DNA of 64,000 nt from Mobula hypostoma (taxonomy: Eukaryota): positions 127,350,001-127,414,000 of the forward strand of contig NC_086097.1 of NCBI RefSeq assembly GCF_963921235.1, in the 5' to 3' direction. The notes beneath the pieces were generated by a model, which was given only the letters and a program-made list of their open reading frames with translations, did not search any database and was not told where the DNA came from. The position numbers and the translations under genes are program-made. Positions within the stretch are counted from its first letter, which is position 1, and the number at the start of each line of letters is the position of its first letter. Positions 12,940 to 25,059 of this stretch are shown here, in pieces.

Positions 12940-15900
12940 TAGGGTTGCCAACTTTCTCACTCCCAAATAAAGGACAAAAGTAGCAGTCAAATCCCGGGAC
13001 ACTTTACCCCAGGAAAGACTACCATGACCATGAAGCCTCGTGGGGGCACCTGTGTGCGCATGCGTGCCGTGCGCATGTCATGTGCGCATGCGCGTACGTG
13101 TTGATTTTCCCACAAATCGGTTTTGCCTTCATCTTCCTGACTATACTGTACATACATTATTTCTACTTTATATAGGCTGTGTATAGTGACATAGTGTATA
13201 GTGTATACTCTCGCGACAGTGAGAGTAGGAATGCGATGAGGTGGAGGATAAATACGTGGCTGAGGGATTGGAGCGGGGGCAGGGATTCAAGTTTTTGGGT
13301 CATTGGGACCTCTTTTGGCGCAGGCGTGACCTGTACAAAAAGGACGGGTTACACTTGAATCCTAGGGGGACCAATATCCTGGCAGGGAGATTAGCGGGGG
13401 CTACTGAGGTGACTTTAAACTAGAATGGTTGGGGGGTGGGAATCAAATTAAAGAGGCTAGGCGTGAGGAGGTTAGTTCACAACAGGGGGATGGGAACCAG
13501 TGCAGAGAGACAGAGGGGTGTAAAGTGAGGGTAGAAGCAAAAAGTACAAAGGAGAAAAGTAAAAGTGGCAGGCCGACAAATCCAGGGCAAGCATTAAAAA
13601 GGGCCACTTTTCAACATAATTGTATAAGGGCTAAGAGAGTTGTAAAAGAGCGCCTGAAGGCTTTATGTGTCAATGCAAGGAGCATTCGTAATAAGGTGGA
13701 TGAATTGAAAGTGCAGATTGTTATTAATGATTATGATATAGTTGGGATCACAGAGACATGGCTCCAGGGTGACCAGGGATGGGAGCTCAACGTTCAGGGA
13801 TATTCAATATTCAGGAGGGATAGACATGAAGGAAGGGGAGGTGGGGTGGCGTTGCTGGTTAAAGAAGAGATTAACGCAATAGAAAGGAAGGACATAAGCC
13901 GGGAAGATGTGGAATCGATATGGGTAGAGCTGCGTAACACTAAGGGGCAGAAGACGCTGGTGGGAGTTGTGTACAGGCCACCTAACAGTAGTAGTGAGGT
14001 CGGAGATGGTATTAAACAGGAAATTAGAAATGTGTGCAATAAAGGAACAGCAGTTATAATGGGTGACTTCAATCTACATGTAGATTGGGTGAACCAAATT
14101 GGTAAAGGTGCTGAAGAAGAGGATTTCTTGGAATGTATGCGGGATGGTTTTTTGAACCAACATGTCGAGGAACCAACTAGAGAGCAGGCTATTCTGGACT
14201 GGGTTTTGAGCAATGAGGAAGGGTTAATTAGCGATCTTGTCGTGAGAGGCCCCTTGGGTAAGAGTGACCATAATATGGTGGAATTCTTCATTAAGATGGA
14301 GAGTGACATAGTTAATTCAGAAACAAAGGTTCTGAACTTAAAGAGGGGTAACTTTGAAGGTATGAGATGTGAATTAGCTAAGATAGACTGGCAAATGACA
14401 CTTAAAGGATTGACGGTGGATATGCAATGGCAAGCATTTAAAGGTTGCATGGATGAACTACAACAATTGTTCGTCCCAGTTTGGCAAAAAAATAAATCAA
14501 GGAAGGTAGTGCACCCGTGGCTGACAAGAGAAATTAGGGATAGTATCAATTCCAGAGAAGAAGCATACAAATTAGCCAGAGAAAGTGGCTCACCTGAGGA
14601 CTGGGAAAAATTCAGAGTTCAGCAGAGGAGGACAAAGGGCTTAATTAGGAAGGGGAAAAAAGATTATGAGAGAAAACTGGCAGGGAACATAAAAACGGAC
14701 TGTAAAAGCTTTTATAGATATGTAAAAAGGAGAAGACTGGTAGAGACAAATGTAGGTCCCCTGCAGACAGAAACAGGTGAATTGATTATGGGGAGCAAGG
14801 ACATGGCAGACCAATTGAATAATTACTTTGGTTCTGTCTTCACTAAGGAGGACATAAATAATCTTCCGGAAATAGTAGGGGACAGAGGGTCCAGTGAGAT
14901 GGAGGAACTGAGTGAAATACATGTTAGTAGGGAAGTGGTGTTAGGTAAATTGAAGGGATTGAAGGCAGATAAATCCCCAGGGCCAGATGGTCTGCATCCT
15001 AGAGTGCTTAAGGAAGTAGCCCAAGAAATAGTGGATGCATAAGTGATAATTTTTCAAAACTCTTTAGATTCTGGATTAGTTCCTGAGGATTGGAGGGTGG
15101 CTAATGTAACTCCACTTTTTAAAAAAGGAGGGAGAGAGAAACCGGGGAATTATAGACCGGTTAGCCTAACGTCGGTGGTGGGGAAACTGCTGGAGTCAGT
15201 TATCAAGGATGTGATAACAGCACATTTGGAAAGCGGTGAAATGATCGGACAAAGTCAGCATGGATTTGTGAAAGGAAAATCATGTCTGACGAATCTCATA
15301 GAATTTTTTGAGGATGTAACTAGTAGAGTGGATAGGGGAGAACCAGTGGATGTGGTATATTTGGATTTTCAAAAGGTTTTTGACAAGGTCCCACACAGGA
15401 GATTAGTGTGCAAACTTAAAGCACACGGTATTGGGGGTAAGGTATTGGTGTGGGTGGAGAATTGGTTAGCAGACAGGAAGCAAAGAGTGGGAATAAACGG
15501 GACCTTTTCAGAATGGCAGGTGGTGACTAGTGGGGTACCGCAAGACTCAGTGCTGGGACCCCAGTTGTTTACAATATATATTAATGACTTGGATGAGGGA
15601 ATTAAATGCAGCATCTCCAAGTTTGCGGATGACACGAAGCTGGGTGGCAGTGTTAGCTGTGAGGAAGATGCTAAGAGGATGCAGGGTGACTTGGATAGGT
15701 TGGGTGAGTGGGCAAATTCATGGCAGATGCAATTTAATGTGGATAAATGTGAAGTTATCCACTTTGGTGGCAAAAATAGGAAAACAGATTATTATCTGAA
15801 TGGTGGCCGATTAGGAAAAGGGGAGGTACAACGAGACCTGGGTGTCATTATACACCAGTCATTGAAAGTGGGCATGCAGGTACAGCAGGTGGTGAAAAAG

Positions 15901-16826
15901 GCGAATGGTATGCTGGCATTTATAGTGAGAGGATTCGAGTACAGGAGCAGGGAGGTACTACTGCAGTTGTACAAGGCCTTGGTGAGACCACACCTGGAGT
16001 ATTGTGTGCAGTTTTGGTCCCCTAATCTGAGGAAAGACATCCTTGCCATAGAGGGAGTACAAAGAAGGTTCACCAGATTGATTCCTGGGATGGCAGGACT
16101 TTCATATGAAGAAAGACTGGATGAACTGGGCTTGTACTCGTTGGAATTTAGAAGATTGAGGGGGGATCTGATTGAAACATATACGATCCTAAAGGGATTG
16201 GACAGGCTAGATGCAGGAAGATTGTTCCCGATGTTGGGGAAGTCCAGAACAAGGGGCCACAGTTTGAGGATAGAGGGGAAGCCTTTTAGGACCGAGATTA
16301 GGAAAAACTTCTTCACACAGAGAGTGGTGAATCTGTGGAATTCTCTGCCACAGGAAACAGTTGAGGCCAGTTCATTGGCTATATTTAAGAGGAAGTTAGA
16401 TATGGCCCTTATGGCTACGGGGTTCAGGGGGTATGGAGGGAAGGCTGGGGCGGGGTTCTGAGTTGGAGGATCAGCCATGATCATAATAAATGGTGGTGCA
16501 GGCTCGAAGGGCCGAATGGCCTACTCCTGCACCTATTTTCTATGTTTCTATTTATCATATCATTCCTGCTTTTACTATATGTTAGTGTTATTTATTTTCA
16601 GTTTTATGTGCTACCTGGTATGATTTGGTAGGTTATTTTTTGGGTCTGGGAACGCTCAAAAATTTTCCCATATAAATTAATGGTAATTGCTTCTTCGCTT
16701 TACGCCATTTCGGCACGAAAGGTTTCATAGGAACGCTCTACCTTAGCGGGGGAAATATGGGACAAACCAAGTTAGCCCAATTATATACGGGATGTCCCGG
16801 CTAATACGGGACAGTTGGCAACCCTA
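12940..16826. mobile_element. Inner hAT-type TIR element within the Charlie-like element
   Basis: Perfect 14-bp TIRs tagggttgccaact / agttggcaacccta; no matching TSD. Confidence 0.7.
13184..16550 (+). mobile_element. Young CR1 LINE: ORF1 C-terminus (SGNH esterase) and near-intact ORF2 (APE + RT), one nonsense codon
   Basis: ORF1 DGLHLN..TLN* ends 13423; ORF2 frame 13408-16461 with NARSI, ITETW, MGDFN, SDH, YRPVSLTS, FADD; single TAA at 15040-15042 where copy 2 has TTA; (tttctatg)n tail; filler 13184-13207. Confidence 0.97.
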
Positions 16827-17465
16827 TGTTCAAGTTCAACAGTGCGTGACAGGGAATGAGGAAAGGTGCAGCTGACTCGTATCGTTCCTTGCGGCCCAGT
16901 AGCATATGCTTTGCGGCCCGGTGGTTGGGGACCGCTGGTTTAAGAGAAGTTTGGATAAGTATCTAGATGGGAGGGCAGGAGGATGATGGGGTTAGGCAGT
17001 TTAAATAGTTTGGCATGGACTAGATGGGCCAACAGGCTTGCTTCTGTGCTATAGCGTTCTGTGACTCTATAGGAAAGATACCAGCATATTAAGGAAATTG
17101 GGTGACTAGCAGATGGCAAAGAGCGTGCATAAAGGGGGCTGCTGGTGACTACTGCTGCTCCAAGGTATCAGCGTTGAACCACTGTTTTTCACATAGTATA
17201 TTAATAATTTGGTTAAAGATTGGATGGCTTTATGGCCAAGATTGCAGATACAAAGATAGGTGAGGGGCAAGTAGTGTGGAGGAAGGAAGGAGTCAGCAGA
17301 AGGACTTGAGACAGGTTAGGAGAATGGGAAAGAAGTGACAGATGGAATATAGTGTCGGGAAGTGTACGGTCATGCACTTTGGTAGAAGGAACAAAGGTTT
17401 AGACTGTTTTCTAAATGAGGAGCAAATTCAGAAATTGGAAGCGCAAACAGATTTGGGAGTCCTAG

Positions 17466-17675
17466 ACAAGAAAATCTGCAGATGTCGGAAATCCAAGCAA
17501 CATCTACAAAATGCAGATGGAACTCAGCAGGCCAAGCACTCACAGAAAAGTTGCTGGTGAACGCAGCAGGCCAAGCAGCATCTCTAGGAAGAGGCCAAGC
17601 ACTGTTTATGGAAAAGAGTAAACAGTCGACATTTCAGGCCAAAATACTTCATCAGGACCGGAAAATATGCGTTGC
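17466..17675 (-). mobile_element. Short Penelope-derived insertion with hammerhead-like core
   Basis: 13-bp TSD ttgggagtYctag (17453-17465, 17676-17688); minus CGGUC-CUGAUGA...GAAAU-GUC-GACUG at 17623-17660, stem II degenerate. Confidence 0.8.
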
Positions 17676-18299
17676 TTGGGAGTTCTAGTGTAAAATTCCT
17701 TAAAGCGTAACTTGCAGGTTGAATCAGCAGTAAGGAAAGCAAATGCAATGTACCATTCATTTTGAGGACTAGAATACAAAAGCAAGGCATGCTGAGATTT
17801 TATAAAGCCACATATGGAGTATTGAGCCATATATCTGAGAAAGGATATGCTGGCTTTAGAGAGGGTCCAGAGGAGGTTTCGGAGAATGATCCTGGGAATG
17901 GAAGTGTTAATGTATGAGCAGTGTTTGATGGCTTTGGGCTTGTACTTACTGGAGTTTAGAAAAATGAGAGGGATCTCAGTGAAACACCTTGTAGATGCGG
18001 AGAGAAATTTTTCAAATGCTTGAGAGGGTCTAGACTCAGAGGACACACCCTCAGAATTGAAGGACGCTCTTTTAGGACAGAGAATAGGGGGAATTTCTTT
18101 ATCTAGAGGGTGCTGAATCTGTGGAAATGGGTATATTTAAAGCAGGGATGATAGGTACTTGATTAGTAAGGGTGTCAAAGGTTATGAGGAGAAGGCCGGG
18201 GAATGAGGTTGAGAGATAAAACAAATCAGCCATGAGCAAATGACAAAGCAGAGTTTGGGCCAAATGCCCCAAGTCTAATCCTCTGTCTCACTGTCTGTT

Positions 18300-19290
18300 C
18301 TTAAGGAATCTAGCTATTTGACCCACCTCATCTACAATTAGTGGAAACCTGCCTGTGTTAATCCCATCTTCCAGCCCATAACCTTCGATGCCTTATCCAA
18401 GTGCTTATGTAGACGCTCCTAAGAGATAACAGTGTCTCTGCTTCCACCGCTCTCTCGGGCCCTGTACTCATTCCTCAGAACGAAAAAGGCTCCCTTCGGA
18501 TCACCTCCAAATCTCTTACCCCCTTACTCCAAATCTGTCCAAGTTATAGCTAACTCTGATGTGGGCAAAGGTTTCCTGCAGCCTACCTTATCTATACTCC
18601 TCAATTTTATATACCTCAATCCTGTCCTCCTTGTAACCTCAAAACCAAAATGCTCCATCCTGGACAGTGTTCCCCACGCTCTCTGCCACTATCACATGCA
18701 AGTGTGGTGACCAGAAATGTAAACTGTACGTCAGCTGAGATCTGATCAATATTCTGTAAAGCCGAAGGATAACTTCCCCGTTCTTGTATTCGGTGCCCTG
18801 ACTAAAGAAAGCCAGTATCCCGTATGCCTTCTGAAACACGTTGTTATGCCCTTTAACACTCCAAATTTGTATACCAAGGTCTCTCTGCTCCGCAATTCTC
18901 CCTGGTACCCTAACATTTATGGGGTATGTCCTAGCCTTATTGCTAAAGTACACCGCCTCACCATTTTGCACCCCATTTCACCATCACATTGATATCTCTT
19001 TGTAGCATAAGACTGCCTTCCACATTGTCAACAACTCCACCTGTCTGTCATCTGCGACTTCACTGATCATTCATGCATGTTATAACAGCCGAGGTCCCAG
19101 CGGACAACCAGAAGTCACAGGCACCTAATCACAAAAACATCCCTCTACCATCACCCTCTGGATCCTGTTAGCAAGACGATTTTGGATTCAGTTTACCAAA
19201 TTGCCTCTCATGGGCTCTAACCAACATGTAGGACCTTTAGTAAGACATCTACTGCCCATCCTCCTCAATGTGCTTTCTCACCTCTTCAAA
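18300..19290 (-). mobile_element. Decayed CR1 fragment
   Basis: Minus EQRDLGI, KAYGILAF, LYRILIRSQLTYSLHFWSP. Confidence 0.7.
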
Positions 19291-20461
19291 ATATTTGATC
19301 GGATAATGGCCAGACAAGATATGCCATTGAAAGCATGCAAGATTGAAGAAAAACACCCCTTTCCCTAAATCTGGGCACATTTGTAGTCTTCTGTTCTCTA
19401 TCAAATTCTAAATTCATTGTGTCAGAACCAGCCTTTTCTGCTACCTGTGGTTTTACCTCAGTTTTTCCTTGTCTATTAATATACTCTGTGAACGTTTGTA
19501 TTGTCAGCCTTGTCTGGCAGAAGCACAATTACCTCAACAACCCATTTGTCTCACCATATTACAGAAAATCCTTTTGTCCTTTTCATCCCTTCAGCTGCCT
19601 TCTCAGCAACTTAAGACATCCTCCCCCACCCCCAACGTCTTTCCCTGTTCTGATGGTAGCCCACTGACCTGAATGTTAACTTTAACTCTCTCTCCCCGTC
19701 TCCGCAGATGCTGCCTGGCCTGCTGGGTACTTACAGGAATTTCATTTTATTTTTGTTAGCCACACAGAATACTTGTTGAGTGCTCCCCAGATATCTGCAC
19801 CGAAACAAACTTGCTAATGAATAGGAAGCAATTAAAGATAGGAATAGCAACCAAGCCACAGCTGAGAAACTAGAGTCAAAATTACCATGGCAGCTTCCCC
19901 TACGGGATTGCATACCACAAACAGAAAGCTGGCATTGCAATGACTGTCCGATTACTACTTAGCTCCACTTCTAGTAACCTCTAACCATTGAAGGGTGGGA
20001 AGAACTGACTGCCAGGTGTGGGTTTTAAATAGAGGGAGGTGGTAGGATTACGTGGCAACTTCATTTAATCTTGAATAAACCCCCCCCCCCCCCCAGTCTG
20101 TACTCAGCAGTTATAGTCTACCAATAGCTGTTGTTTAAAGAATTCCTATTGGGAGAAATTTGACTTTTAATTAAACAGCTGCTAAGAACATCTACACCAT
20201 CTGTTTGTACCTCTGCATGTTCAATTCCAGCCAGTGGAATCAGTACTTATATATAGGCTAATGTTTGGAGCACTATGAAAATGGGTTTGCAGAGAGTGAT
20301 TAAGTCATAGACACAGATTCCATTTCACTAGAAATGTTTCAGGAGTGGAATATGCAGTGCGCGAGGAAAGGATAAAGCTTCTGCTATATTGTGTTAACTC
20401 CAGTGTTGCATTAAATGCTAATTTTTTTGCTAATGGGCCTGTTTCAAATTTCCTTGTATAG

Positions 20462-20611
<150 letters not shown>

Positions 20612-21245
20612 AGGGGCGTGTGTGGAATCTCATCTTCAGGTGTACTGAAACTACTGGAGGAGCCAAATCCTCAGCATATGGCAATCATTAAAAAACCCTT
20701 TAAGCAATACCTCTGTAAATAATGTTTACAATTTAAAAAAAAAAGAAATAATCTACTTAAAGGCAGTTGTAATATATTTTGTACATAGTTTTCATAAATG
20801 TAATTTATTTGTTTTTGGGTTTGTCTGGTAACTAGGAGCGGTAATGACATTGCTTACAGTTAATGGCTTTTAAGGGTGGATGAAGCAGTGTGTGTGTGTG
20901 TGTGTATGTGTGTGAGATAAGGGACCAATGATGTAAACCACAATGAACATTATGAAAAAATTAAGGCCACTTATCACAACCCTGGTTTGGACAGAAACTG
21001 CACATTACTTTTATAAAACACACTCTGGACAATCATTTACATTTTTTTTATTAGAAAATGCCAAGTAATGTAAACTTTTGATGTAACATCTCACATTTTG
21101 TTTTTTGTTTCATGATTTTATTGTACAAAAAAATTTAAGTGCTGACCACACTCAACTTTTACTGCTATCCACCTCTCACCTGGAGACATACAATTCATTC
21201 TCCTAACACACATGCTAACAATAAAGGATGTTAAAATTAAGTGGT
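20612..21245 (+). other. BMP6: Probable BMP6 3' UTR
   Basis: AU-rich; UGUANAUA at 20714 and 20780; (TG)n ~20888-20914; AATAAA 21220-21225 followed by GU-rich 21241-21260. Confidence 0.6.
21220..21225 (+). terminator. Candidate BMP6 polyadenylation signal
   Basis: AATAAA with downstream gtggttttcctgtgtagttt. Confidence 0.6.
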
Positions 21246-22121
21246 TTTCCTGTGTAGTTTGCTCACTCATTTGCAGCAGTATGTATGAATAGTGAGCAAT
21301 TCTACATCTTGGGTCTGGTGTTGCTCAATGTAACTCAATGCTTAAAGTGTATCTGACTACAACAGCCACTACCATGGACTGTACCGTTTGCTGTTTTGGG
21401 AAGAGATTTAAGATCTTTAAAAAAAAAACACACACTGGCATAAGATGAAATGCACTGCAGTTCTTTTAGCCACCATCTCCGATTCACTTTAAAGAACAGC
21501 CTCAAGTTAATTAATCTTAATAAACTGCAAGGTTGTTCAATGCATAATGACATCTTAAAAAGGGGGTGCAAGTGTTACATGGTAACTACTGCATTGTCTG
21601 TTTTAACCCCCCCCCCCATCCACAATGTATTGTTGAAGTGGTCAAAAAGTGACTTGAATCTCAGTTTCAACAAGTGATTTGATTATGTTAAGCAACCACA
21701 TTTTAATAAAACTCTACAAATCCAACAGTCACTCACTACACAGACTGCCAGCTCCTCCTTCCAATATCGCACACAGATGAATGTGGCTTGAAGATACGCT
21801 GAGGTATTCTGTTTTATGCCCATAGTACTGCATTTACTAATCAGGTACAGATGATTGTCTGTTAACTACTTATAAACCACATTCACATAAAGTGTTATGC
21901 TGGCAGGCACAAGAAGTAAAATCTTTCCTTTCTAGACACACACACGCATTTCCACACACGTACAGAAGGCACCACTCTGATTAAAAAGCACAGACAATTT
22001 AACCAATCCCAAGGCTGGAGGTTGCTGAAGGAACATACCTTGACTGAGGAGTAAGTATACAACACAATTACAAGTTTGGACACAATTGTATATCAATAAC
22101 AAGAGGTGGCAGCTGTGCACC

Positions 22122-22244
22122 TTACAGTTCGTCTCTGGCTTGCTGGAGGATGAACCTGTGGAGCGTGTCCAGGTCCCTGGCTCCATTGTGCTCATTTAGC
22201 TTCTGACCTCCACGGAAAAGCAGCAGTGTTGGATAACCACGAAC
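22122..22244 (-). CDS. TXNDC5: TXNDC5 exon 10
   Basis: cag|[40 protein letters not shown]. Confidence 0.96.
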   Translation of the reverse strand, partial: VRGYPTLLLFRGGQKLNEHNGARDLDTLHRFILQQARDEL

Positions 22245-22279
22245 CTGCAAGCAAATTCACCGATCAATAATTCAAAATT

Positions 22280-22560
22280 TGTGGGTGCTACGATAGCATA
22301 ACACTTTTAAACCTCGGGGTGGCTAAAGCTGGGAGTTCAATCCCACCGCTCTCTGTAAGGAGTTTGTACATTCTCCCCACGACTCTGTGGGTTTCCACCA
22401 GGTGCTCTGGTTTATATCTTCTCCACCCCAACCCCCGCCCCAGTCCAAAGACATACCAGTTGGAAAGTTATGAATTGTCCCTTGATTAGGCTAGGATTAA
22501 ATATGTGCATTGCTGGGTGGCACTGCTGTTAGGCCTGTCCAATGCTGTATCTCTAAATAA
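22280..22560 (+). mobile_element. tRNA-derived V-SINE-like element; related decayed copies ~24300-24470 (-), 27270-27470 (-), 40260-40435 (-), 50530-50880 (+), 59080-59200 (-)
   Basis: B-box-like ggagttcaatccc then ggagtttgtacattctcccc...gtgggtttcc...ggtgctctggttt. Confidence 0.65.
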
Positions 22561-24526
22561 TTTTTAAAAAATAAATAAAACCCCGTTAAAAATACTTAGA
22601 TTTTCTCTCACGTTGTGCAGGGACCGTAAATAGTTTTGTTGCATAAATCAGAGTCATACAGCATAGAAATAAAACTCTTCAGCCTAGCTCATCTATGCCA
22701 TCTGAGGTGCCCACTTAAATACCTGCATTTACCATTTACCCGCATTTCACTGTTACCATCCACAAATGTCTTTTACATGTTATTGTGCCTCTACCTTTCC
22801 TTCGGCAGCTTTCCCCAAAAACAGACTACTGTGTGTAAAACACTGGAGTAAACCCTTGTATTTCCCCTCCTATGCCACATCCAGGACATAGTGTTGGAAG
22901 GGCATTTGAAGTAGTATTTCAGTATTTGGTAGTGTGTGACGGACCAGCCAACATCCTGACCTTTGCTCATACAGTGGTGAAAATCTCATCTCACTCCCAA
23001 TGGAGATGTTTGAAGTTATAAGAAACTTTGAAAGCTTGGCTAACTAGGTTATAGGAACTTAAGTTACCAAACACGCCAGAGACTTTAGCCCTAACTTACT
23101 AAAAAGGCATGATTTTATGCCAATGTTACAGCTTTAATTATTTGGTTCTAATCCCCAAACTGCAGAAATAATGTGCTGTTGACCCATGCCTATCACTTAG
23201 CATTTTAGGCCCTTTAAACCTTATGCCATATTAAATGCAAGCATAAAACCTTCAAGTCTTGTGCAAAATGCCAGCTCTGCCATCATGTAATGTTTCCTTA
23301 CCATACGGATCAAGGCCATTTGGCCCATTGAGTCCATCCCAAGACCACTGGTCTCATTTCCCCATTTATCAACTTGTAACCAAATTCTGCAAATGCTGAA
23401 CATCACCACTGGCCCCCAAATGTAAACATTTGTGATCTTATGCAGTCTATTAACACATGCAACTTGGAACTATAATTCACTCTTATCTGTGCACAAGGCT
23501 CTGAAGCTAGTAAATGATTACACTTCCAAATATTTACAGGAAATAAATGTAAAACATTTGAGGCACCGAGGATGTTGGCTAATGATAATCTATCTTCCCA
23601 ACTAAAATGCAGTTACTATGGTAACTACCAAAATGCAGCAAATATCACCATAGTAACCAGTCCTCAAAAAAATTATCACCTGACAAACACAATACAGCTC
23701 ATCATTCCTTGGAACAAGACTAGTTAGTTATGACTGGCACCCACTGTGTTCTGTTACACTAGGTTTAGCTGATTTTAAAATCAAATTAAGAGCTCAAAAT
23801 GCCAGAAGGAACATTTTACCCAGCCCAGCAACAGAAATAAACCAACATGCAGCTTACAAGTCCAGGAACCCGGACATCATCAGGGATCCAGGGTCTCCCT
23901 TTGGTCACCTGAGGTCAAGCCTGTATGGGCACGGTCAAACCCTCAGGCTTTGATTGGTGCCTCTGTATCCAATGAGCCTGCAGCATCCAAGGTCACAGGG
24001 TTGGCCATCCAGGAAAGGACCCTGATACTCTACTTGGTGCCAGCTCTCAGTGGACAGGGCTAGCAAGGTGCAATATTGTGTCCGTGGACGGCTTTTACTG
24101 AGGGAGCAGACCATCTTGCTTTATAGCATCCCAAAGAAAGCGAAAGAATTAACCTTAACTGGCCTATATCTCACTGACTTCACAATTAACGCCAGAAATT
24201 CATCTATATTCATGAAATACTGAAGAAACAGGCCCTTCAGCCCATTAAGTCTGACTATCAAGCTCCAATTTACATCCAGCATCGGACCCCCCAGATTCTA
24301 ACACTCACCCACACAATTCAGCCAATTAACCTACCTACGCGACCAGAGCACCCCGAGGATCCATGCGGAGTCAAAAGGCGTGCATGCAAAATACACAGGA
24401 CCGGAGGTTTGGATTAAACTGGGCTCACTCGAGCTGCGATCCAGTGGCTCTGATGCTGCATCATTGTGCTGAAAGAGTGATCCACTTCTTTCAAATGTGT
24501 CTAATTAATGTTACTTGTAAACCTAC

Positions 24527-24656
24527 CGAATACTGATTACAGAGAGCGCGTTGGGCTGTGCAGTCCACTTCAGCAATCTTGATGTCACTTATTCCAGGAA
24601 ACTCTTGTTTGGCAAGTTCCTCCCAGGTTGGTGCTAGACTCTTACAATGGCCACAC
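24527..24656 (-). CDS. TXNDC5: TXNDC5 exon 9
   Basis: cag|(W)[43 protein letters not shown]|gtaggt, 130 nt. Confidence 0.96.
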
Positions 24657-25059
24657 CTGTGGACGGAGACAGTTTGAACACAGAACGTATTGCATATCGA
24701 ACACAAGCACCCGTCCTTCAGCCATAACGTCTGCATTAACCATAATGCCAATCACGGTGTCTCTGACATCTCAAAGGACTGCAGTTGCTGGAGTAACAAA
24801 CAAACCTGCAGGAGGAATTCATGGGTCGAAATACATCTTTGGGACAAAAGGAAATGTTAATGTTTCGGGTTGAAACTGAATCAGGACAAATCTATTCCTG
24901 ATGCAGGGTTTCGACCCAAAACGCTGGCAATTCTTTTCTCCTCACAGATGTTTGTTGTTGTACAGAAATACCTGACCGGGGAGGGGCGGGGGGGACCCAT
25001 CTCTGATCTAAATAAGGGTCTAATGAAGAAACCTACAGTGTGAGACTGTCTGAATTTTA

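Larger units (their letters stand above)
12818..16937. mobile_element. Non-autonomous hAT (Charlie-like) transposon
   Basis: TIRs caggggtccccaacc / ggttggggaccgctg; perfect 8-bp TSD gtttaaga (12810-12817, 16938-16945). Confidence 0.9.
12472..17070 (+). mobile_element. 5'-truncated CR1 (CR1-B) inside CR1-A, split by a hAT element
   Basis: VQFWSPTYRED, RVWNKLP; tail ttctgtgactctat ending 17070; flanking aggaaag at 12465-12471 and 17071-17077. Confidence 0.7.
10140..18290 (+). mobile_element. Old CR1 LINE (CR1-A), outermost layer of a nest; interrupted at 10741-10945, 12472-17070, 17466-17675
   Basis: ORF1 end (DGLHLN, ggctttaaactaa 10487-10499), endonuclease LKMLYLNACSI, DHNMIEF; RT to 12464, resuming at 17078; 3' UTR to ~18290. 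Confidence 0.8.

Noticed and set aside
13052..13100. (tgcgca/tgcgtg)n cluster resembling NRF1 sites or Z-DNA
   Set aside because: Internal to the hAT element; no evidence of host function
13794..16484. Long minus-strand ORFs (258, 134, 230 aa) and equivalents at 54432-55546
   Set aside because: Antisense shadows of CR1 ORF2; no independent protein motifs
22122..22136. RDEL instead of KDEL
   Set aside because: A recognised functional ER-retrieval variant
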